The notes under the pieces were generated by a model. That model worked only from the letters and a program-made list of their open reading frames with translations, searched no databases and had not been told where the DNA came from. Shown here piece by piece: positions 58,525 through 64,000 of a DNA stretch of 64,000 bases; the stretch's first letter is position 1; the number at the start of each line of letters is the position of its first letter. Location of the stretch: the NCBI GenBank assembly GCA_001029795.1, contig CP011216.1, positions 134,903 through 198,902 of the forward strand, read 5' to 3'. This stretch comes from a candidate division Kazan bacterium GW2011_GWA1_50_15. GTDB taxonomy: Bacteria > Patescibacteriota > Kazan-3B-28. A program made the translations under genes and the position numbers.

Positions 58525-58727
58525 TCAAGGGTCTGAGCGACCCTTGGACCGCGGTTACTTTCCTCTTGGGGAAAGTAACCAAAGCCGTGGCCCTGTTCAC
58601 TCGGCCTATTCATTGGCTAAATCGATGGGTGCTCCCGCCGAACTCGTCCCGGCTAGCCGGGACTCAAACATGCGGCTCCGCCCCAAGCGATTTAGCTCAA
58701 TTCAAGACGGCCTCGTTCCAAAGGGCC
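58525..58727. repeat. Structured intergenic element family B, copy 5
   Basis: Shares its core with copy 1 and a 35-nt hairpin block with copy 2. Confidence 0.85.
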
Positions 58728-58887
58728 GTATTGGGGGAAAGCTTGACTGGGAGCGAGTTTTGTGCTATGTTTGGGGTGTAAGGTGGAGCGGTCGTAATCT
58801 GGATTTCTAGTGCCGCTATATCAACCACCAGCACCTTAAAGACTTGCTTACTACAGTTGGCCTATAAGGTGAAACAAGGAGACTGGG

Positions 58888-59508
58888 ATGAAACTCCTGG
58901 CCGCCCTTAAGTTTGTCGTCGAGTTGCTCACGCAGCTCGTCACCCTGGGTGAAGAAGGCCTTGGTCGGATTATGGAACGGATGAACTATATCCGCGAAAT
59001 TACCGGCCGGGTACACCTGCCCACCATCCAGGAATTCACACAATTTCTGGACCAGGCCGTAGGCCACATCGTAGACTGCGATGCTGATCCAACCATCCCC
59101 TCGGATTACAACTGGACCATCGAACGCCACATCAAGAGCGGTAAGGTTCGGCTGGAACGCCGTGGAGACACTCTGTATGTTGACGGGAAGAAGGTTATCC
59201 TTCATCTCGTCAAGCAACAGACCAGGAACGGGGTCATCCTGGGCCACGAACTCTGCAAGGAGCTCGAGAAAGGCAAGTTGGTGTTGCTCAGCGCCAACCT
59301 ACTTGACTATTTACTTGAGCACCCCGAGCTTATCCCCGATACCTGGAAGGGTAAGGCCGTGTTCTTCTGGGGCACAGTCTATCGCGGCTCGGACGGCAGC
59401 CTCAACGTTCGTTACCTCGGCTGGGACGATGGTGGGTGGAGCTGGGACTACTACTGGCTCGACTACGGCTGGTACTCGAACCGCCCGGCTGCTGTTCTCG
59501 CAAGTTAG
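58888..59508 (+). CDS. DGR target protein with C-terminal variable region
   Basis: The last about 41 codons are the VR; aromatic-rich C-terminus; AAGGAG SD. Confidence 0.92.
   Translation: MKLLAALKFVVELLTQLVTLGEEGLGRIMERMNYIREITGRVHLPTIQEFTQFLDQAVGHIVDCDADPTIPSDYNWTIERHIKSGKVRLERRGDTLYVDGKKVILHLVKQQTRNGVILGHELCKELEKGKLVLLSANLLDYLLEHPELIPDTWKGKAVFFWGTVYRGSDGSLNVRYLGWDDGGWSWDYYWLDYGWYSNRPAAVLAS
59380..59501 (+). repeat. DGR variable repeat (VR)
   Basis: 122-nt ungapped match to 59835-59956; 16 mismatches, all opposite TR adenines. Confidence 0.96.
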
Positions 59509-59558
59509 TCTTTGGACCTTGGGCCCTTGGATCTTCGGATCCTTTGACCTTGGTCCTG

Positions 59559-59585
59559 CCCGCACGGCAACGTGCGGGTTTTTTT
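59559..59585 (+). terminator. GC hairpin downstream of the VR (terminator and/or DGR cis hairpin)
   Basis: CCCGCACG-GCAA-CGTGCGGG followed by a T run. Confidence 0.7.
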
Positions 59586-59834
59586 GTTACAATGTTGCTG
59601 GAACTAGGCGAATATGCCAGAGATCACGGTTTCTGGCTGCCGAACCCAGTATCCATATGTCCAGAGTATCTCCGACTACGGTTTGAGGTAGTGTGATGTA
59701 TGTAGAAACTTCAAAAAATGAAGATACTTGGTGCGAGATATTCAGGCATTATAGATGCCGAATAAAATACAGCCCCAAGAGTTCTGCTGTACAGCAGAAT
59801 CAAGGGGTGGTGACAATGGATGGTATCTCGCATA

Positions 59835-59956
59835 AATCGCAACTCGGACGGCAACCTCAACGTTCGTTACCTCAACTGGAACGATGGTAGGTGGAACTGG
59901 AACTACAACTGGCTCGACAACGACTGGAACTCGAACAACCCGGCTGCTGTTCTCGC
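59835..59956 (+). ncRNA. DGR template repeat (TR)
   Basis: AAC-rich invariant copy of the VR with 13 AAY codons; followed by hairpin CTCTCCCGA-CTTA-TCGGGAGAG (59971-59992). Confidence 0.94.
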
Positions 59957-59964
59957 TACTGTCT

Positions 59965-60330
59965 TCATTTCTCTCCCGACTTATCGGGAGAGTTTTGTCT
60001 ATTAAGCTGTCCGTTCCATCCACCCAGCATCTTGCCGATTTCATCCAGTTGAACCGAGACAGCACTGTACTTTTTGTTATCTAGTGACTTGGTCTCCCAG
60101 AGAACCATTAACAGAATTTTGAGGGTGTCAGTTTTACGGATTGCTAATCTGACATATGGAGATTTTTCGGCTCGACTAAGAAAACTGGCTTGGGCGACGG
60201 CTTCGATAACCTCAACAAAAAGGTTGTCCGCCCTTCGTCCCAAGGAATAACGATGGAGTTTGGGCAGAACTTGGTAATAGTTATACCATAGGAGGTACGC
60301 CTGTTTTAGATGTTGAAGTAGCGGGAGCAA
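59965..60330 (-). CDS. avd: Avd-like accessory variability determinant (four-helix bundle)
   Basis: LPKLHRYSLG and LDEIGKMLGGW motifs; lies between TR and RT; start uncertain. Confidence 0.85.
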   Translation of the reverse strand: MLPLLQHLKQAYLLWYNYYQVLPKLHRYSLGRRADNLFVEVIEAVAQASFLSRAEKSPYVRLAIRKTDTLKILLMVLWETKSLDNKKYSAVSVQLDEIGKMLGGWNGQLNRQNSPDKSGEK

Positions 60331-60351
60331 CTCTCTCTCTCTCTCTCTCTC
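60331..60351. repeat. (CT)10C microsatellite at the avd 5' end
   Basis: Read directly from the sequence. Confidence 0.95.
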
Positions 60352-60374
60352 GATGCCGCGGGTCGGTTCATCAT

Positions 60375-61418
60375 ATGAAAATCGCCGAAGGGTATTACGA
60401 ACACATTATCTCACTCCATAACCTCCTTGAGGCCTGGCGGGAGTTCGTGGTTGGGAAGCGAGCTAGGGTAGATGTCCAGTTGTTTGAGCGGAACTTAATG
60501 GCTAATATTATCAAACTAAATAGGGATTTGGAAGTTGGGAAATATCGGCACTCGGATTATCACCCATTTAAGATTTCTGATCCGAAACCTAGGAACATTC
60601 ATAAGGCGAGTGTCCGAGACCGATTATTGCATAAAGCCATCTATAGAATCTTATATCCGACATGGGATAAAACCTTTATTGTCGACAGCTATTCTTGTCG
60701 AAATAACAAAGGTACTCACAAGGCATTTGCTAAACTTGAGACTGTCGCTCGGAAGATTAGCCAGAATTATACCAGACCATGTTTTGCACTGAAGTGCGAT
60801 ATTAAAAGATTTTTCGACAGCGTGGATCATGGGGTGTTGATGGGACTGCTAAGGGAACGCATCGCCGATGAACGACTTTTGAAGTTGCTTGAAGAAATTA
60901 TTTTTAGTTTTTCTGTCTGGATTCCGGGTCAAGCCCGGAATGACGAAGAGGGCAAGGGGATGCCGTTGGGGAATCTGACATCGCAACTGTTTGCCAATAT
61001 CTATCTCGACCCGCTGGATAAGTTCGCGAAGCACCAACTCAAAGCCAAATATTATCTACGGTATGCAGATGATTTTATCTTTTTGGCCGATAATCCGGAT
61101 GAATTGACGGGCTACTTAGTTGAAGTTGCCAGGTTTGCGAAATCGGAACTGGAGCTCCAACTCCATCCTAACAAGATTAGTTTGAGAAAACTGAAATGGG
61201 GGATTGATTATGTTGGGTATGTCGCCCTGCCGCAATATAGCTTGCCTAGAAAGAAGACGGTCACACGAATTATTAAAAATATTCGTCGACTTTTGGCGGC
61301 GGGAGACGATGTGGCGCTGGCTAATGCGCTGCCATCGTACTTAGGGTACCTGAAACATGCCAGGAGCCGTGGGATAGTTTGCGGGCTGGAGCGGCTGATG
61401 GCGCCAAAGGGGTGGTGA
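60375..61418 (+). CDS. DGR reverse transcriptase
   Basis: KPRNIH.A..RDR..H, LKCDIKRFFDS, GMPLGNLTSQ, YLRYADDF. Confidence 0.95.
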   Translation: MKIAEGYYEHIISLHNLLEAWREFVVGKRARVDVQLFERNLMANIIKLNRDLEVGKYRHSDYHPFKISDPKPRNIHKASVRDRLLHKAIYRILYPTWDKTFIVDSYSCRNNKGTHKAFAKLETVARKISQNYTRPCFALKCDIKRFFDSVDHGVLMGLLRERIADERLLKLLEEIIFSFSVWIPGQARNDEEGKGMPLGNLTSQLFANIYLDPLDKFAKHQLKAKYYLRYADDFIFLADNPDELTGYLVEVARFAKSELELQLHPNKISLRKLKWGIDYVGYVALPQYSLPRKKTVTRIIKNIRRLLAAGDDVALANALPSYLGYLKHARSRGIVCGLERLMAPKGW

Positions 61419-61448
61419 GGTACACTAGGAGAAGAAGGCGCTACGCTA

Positions 61449-61546
61449 GATTCCTCGACTGCGTTCGGAATGACAAAAGAGGGGCGGGGATGACGAGGAT
61501 GGATCCTGACCTGCCTGCCGGCAGGCAGGAATAAATTCAGGATGAC
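61449..61546. repeat. Cluster of REP-like palindromes between RT and uvrB
   Basis: GATTCC..GGAATGAC and GGATCCTGA..TCAGGATGAC, the latter containing perfect palindrome CCTGCCTGCCGGCAGGCAGG. Confidence 0.75.
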
Positions 61547-61586
61547 AGAAACAAGGGTCGTTCAGGGTGACGGAGAGGGAGAAGCA

Positions 61587-63563
61587 ATGAAGTTTAAGAT
61601 TAAATCCAAATTGAAACCTGCGGGAGATCAGCCCGAAGCAATTCGGGCGTTGGTCGATGGGCTCAAAAAGAAATATCGGGACCAGACCTTGCTGGGGGTG
61701 ACGGGGTCGGGGAAGACCTTTACGATGGCCAATGTCATCGAGAAGGTGCAGAAGCCGACGCTAGTTATCGCGCACAATAAAACGCTGGCGGCGCAGTTGG
61801 CCAGCGAGTTCCGCGAATATTTTCCCGACAACGCGGTGCATTATTTCGTGTCCTACTACGACTACTATCAGCCGGAGGCGTACATCCCGCGGACCGATAC
61901 TTACATTGCCAAAGATGCCTCCATCAACGATGAGATAGATAGATTGCGCAATGCAGCGACTGAGGCGCTTTTAACTCGCAAGGATGTGATTATTGTGGCG
62001 TCAGTGTCGTGCATCTACGGTTTGGGCAATCCGGAGGTCTATCAAAATGAGAGCATCGAGTTGAGGGCGGGCAAGACCTACAAACGGGAGCGAATCCTGC
62101 GGCAGCTGACCGATATTCAATACCAACGCAACGATATCAACTTTGTTCGCGGGAGTTTTCGGGTGCGGGGCGAAGTGATGGAGATTTTTCCGGCTTATGC
62201 GGAAGTGGCGTACCGATTTGAATGGTTTGGTGATAAGTTGGAGCGGATTCGACAGGTGGAGTATTTGACCGGCGAGATTTTGAGCGAACCAAAGGAGGTG
62301 ACCATCTTTCCGGCCAAACATTTTATTACCCCACAAGACCGCTTAAAGGGAGCGATTGAAAATATTCGGACTGAACTTAGAACTCGTTTGAAGGAACTGA
62401 CGGTAGCGAATAAATTGCTGGAGGCCCAGCGGCTGGAACAGCGAACGAATTATGATATTGAAATGTTGCAGACGGTCGGATATGTTTCCGGAGTTGAAAA
62501 CTATTCGCGGTATTTGGACGGACGGGAAGCCGGCTCTCCGCCATCAACTTTGCTCCATTATTTTCCGGACGATTTTTTGATGTTCATTGATGAATCGCAT
62601 ATGACTTTGCCGCAAATTCGCGGGATGTATAACGGCGACCGGGCCAGAAAAGAAGTGTTGATCGAGCACGGGTTCCGCCTGCCCAGCGCGTTTGATAACC
62701 GCCCACTGCAGTTTTTGGAATTCGAGAAATTGGTTAACCAAGTGATTTATACTTCCGCGACGCCCAGCCAAGAGGAACTTGGTAATAGCAAACAAATCGT
62801 GGAGCAGATCGTGCGGCCGACCGGTCTAGTGGACCCGGCGGTAGAGGTGCGGCCGATCGAGGGGCAGGTGGACGACTTGATGGAAGAGATTCGCAAGCGG
62901 GTGGCTGTCCATCAGCGGGTGTTGGTGACAACGCTAACCAAAAAGATGGCCGAGGATTTAACCAGCTTTTTGCAGGAGGCGGATATTAAAGTTCAATACA
63001 TTCATTCGGATGTGGAAACCTTAGAGCGGATAGATATTCTCCGCGACCTGCGGTTGGGCAAATATGATGTGCTGGTGGGAATTAACTTGCTTCGCGAGGG
63101 GCTGGACCTACCGGAGGTATCGTTGGTGGCGATTTTGGACGCGGACAAAGAGGGCTTTTTACGGTCAGATACTGCTTTAATCCAAACCTTTGGACGGGCA
63201 GCTCGGCATTTGAACGGCAGAGTCATCATGTACGCTGATAAAATTACCGGCTCAATGCAACGAGCGCTGGAGGAAACCGACCGACGGAGAGAAAAGCAAG
63301 TTGAATATAATAAGAAACATAAAATTACGCCGACAACGATTATTAAAGCGATTAAGAGTATTCACGCGTCAACCGGCGAGGAAGAATTGCCGCCGGAGCA
63401 GGATATCAATAAATTTGCCAAGGCGGCCAACGCCGAAGAGCTGAAGGCAATGATTCGCGAGCTAGAAGATGAGATGGACTTGGCGGCGAAGAATTTGGAG
63501 TTCGAAAAAGCGGCGGAGTTGAGAGATAGGGTAGAATTGCTAAGAGGGGAGCTAGGGAAGTAA
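61587..63563 (+). CDS. uvrB: Excinuclease ABC subunit B
   Basis: [38 protein letters not shown]-terminal UVR domain. Confidence 0.98.
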   Translation: MKFKIKSKLKPAGDQPEAIRALVDGLKKKYRDQTLLGVTGSGKTFTMANVIEKVQKPTLVIAHNKTLAAQLASEFREYFPDNAVHYFVSYYDYYQPEAYIPRTDTYIAKDASINDEIDRLRNAATEALLTRKDVIIVASVSCIYGLGNPEVYQNESIELRAGKTYKRERILRQLTDIQYQRNDINFVRGSFRVRGEVMEIFPAYAEVAYRFEWFGDKLERIRQVEYLTGEILSEPKEVTIFPAKHFITPQDRLKGAIENIRTELRTRLKELTVANKLLEAQRLEQRTNYDIEMLQTVGYVSGVENYSRYLDGREAGSPPSTLLHYFPDDFLMFIDESHMTLPQIRGMYNGDRARKEVLIEHGFRLPSAFDNRPLQFLEFEKLVNQVIYTSATPSQEELGNSKQIVEQIVRPTGLVDPAVEVRPIEGQVDDLMEEIRKRVAVHQRVLVTTLTKKMAEDLTSFLQEADIKVQYIHSDVETLERIDILRDLRLGKYDVLVGINLLREGLDLPEVSLVAILDADKEGFLRSDTALIQTFGRAARHLNGRVIMYADKITGSMQRALEETDRRREKQVEYNKKHKITPTTIIKAIKSIHASTGEEELPPEQDINKFAKAANAEELKAMIRELEDEMDLAAKNLEFEKAAELRDRVELLRGELGK

Positions 63564-63590
63564 TTGTTCTTTGACGGAGGTGATGCACTA

Positions 63591-63791
63591 GTGTCCGTAC
63601 AGAAGGAGTATAAGAACAAGGCGGTGGTTAAGGAGGTGCGGTACACGGATGAACCGTGTCCCAAATGTAGTAAGGGGCATCTGGTCTACTGGCGTAGGGA
63701 CTGCTGAGGGGCGGGGTGGTATCGCAGTTGCGATAACCCCAAATGCAATTACGAGAGTCGAGACCCCAACGAGTTACCACGTTACTTTTAA
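63591..63791 (+). CDS. Zinc-ribbon small protein with in-frame TGA (recoded or pseudogene)
   Basis: GGAGGTGA SD; CPKC..GHLV before and CDNPKCNY after TGA 63705-63707; terminator follows. Confidence 0.55.
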
Positions 63792-63796
63792 GTAAG

Positions 63797-63823
63797 GCCG
63801 ACACAGGAATGTGTCGGCTTTTT
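63797..63823 (+). terminator. Intrinsic terminator
   Basis: GCCGACACA-GGAA-TGTGTCGGC followed by a T run. Confidence 0.75.
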
Positions 63824-63874
63824 TATTGTTTTTGCCTGGATTCTCTGATCGAGTCAGAGAATGACGAAGGGGGG

Positions 63875-64000
63875 TTACTTACTGGAACGGGAGGGTTTCA
63901 TGCCGGCCCATTCGCGCAGAATGATATAGACCATGGTGGTCACCGGCACGGCCAAGAGGATACCAAGAATACCCATCAACTTGGCGCCGATCAAAAGCAC
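63875..64000 (-). CDS. AI-2E family transporter, C-terminal fragment
   Basis: LLIGAKLMGILGILLAVP motif running off the window end. Confidence 0.7.
   Translation of the reverse strand: MLLIGAKLMGILGILLAVPVTTMVYIILREWAGMKPSRSSK

Larger units (their letters stand above)
58888..61418. mobile_element. Diversity-generating retroelement cassette (target/VR, TR, avd, RT)
   Basis: VR/TR pair with adenine-only mismatches, Avd-like gene, DGR-type RT. Confidence 0.96.

Noticed and set aside
59820-60005. Asn/Trp-rich 61-aa ORF
   Set aside because: It is the translation of the DGR template repeat, not a likely protein.
60375-61418. Group II intron or retron RT
   Set aside because: No intron domain V/VI or msr-msd was seen, and the VR/TR pair plus avd explain the RT.
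1-64000. Genome-wide UGA recoding (code 25 or 4)
   Set aside because: Conserved genes have no internal TGA, and infB, trmD, recR and RT end at TGA.

Overview
A bacterial chromosomal segment using genetic code 11. Its gene set and intergenic repeats resemble Patescibacteria/CPR, which is an inference. Most genes are + strand housekeeping genes: ftsEX-M23 peptidase-ctpA-rplI-glyQS; a dcw cluster (mraZ, rsmH, ftsL-like, ftsI, murF, mraY, murD, ftsW, murG, sortase-like, murC, ftsQ-like) interrupted by accessory genes; dnaX, dnaB, cyclophilin, ybaB, recR, cysS, sdpRI, tRNA-Gln, an orphan fabH, a sigma70 factor, gyrA, rpsA, infB, rbfA, DHH, rnc, nusB, rpmF, rpsP, khpA, trmD and uvrB. The clearest system is a complete diversity-generating retroelement (DGR) at 58.9-61.4 kb. 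Its 122-nt variable repeat (VR) differs from the template repeat (TR) at 16 positions, all TR adenines. Its avd gene lies antisense, back-to-back with the RT start codon, and its ATG is out of frame across a (GA)10 microsatellite, a candidate phase-variation switch. Other candidates are a five-copy family of about 210-250 nt structured intergenic elements with covarying stems, a second two-copy structured element, REP/RPE-like palindromes inserted in frame in trmD and the DGR RT, a PaaX-like gene bracketed by twin 32-bp palindromes, and a small zinc-ribbon ORF with an in-frame UGA followed by a SECIS-like hairpin. All alignments and folds were done by eye and no database searches were run.
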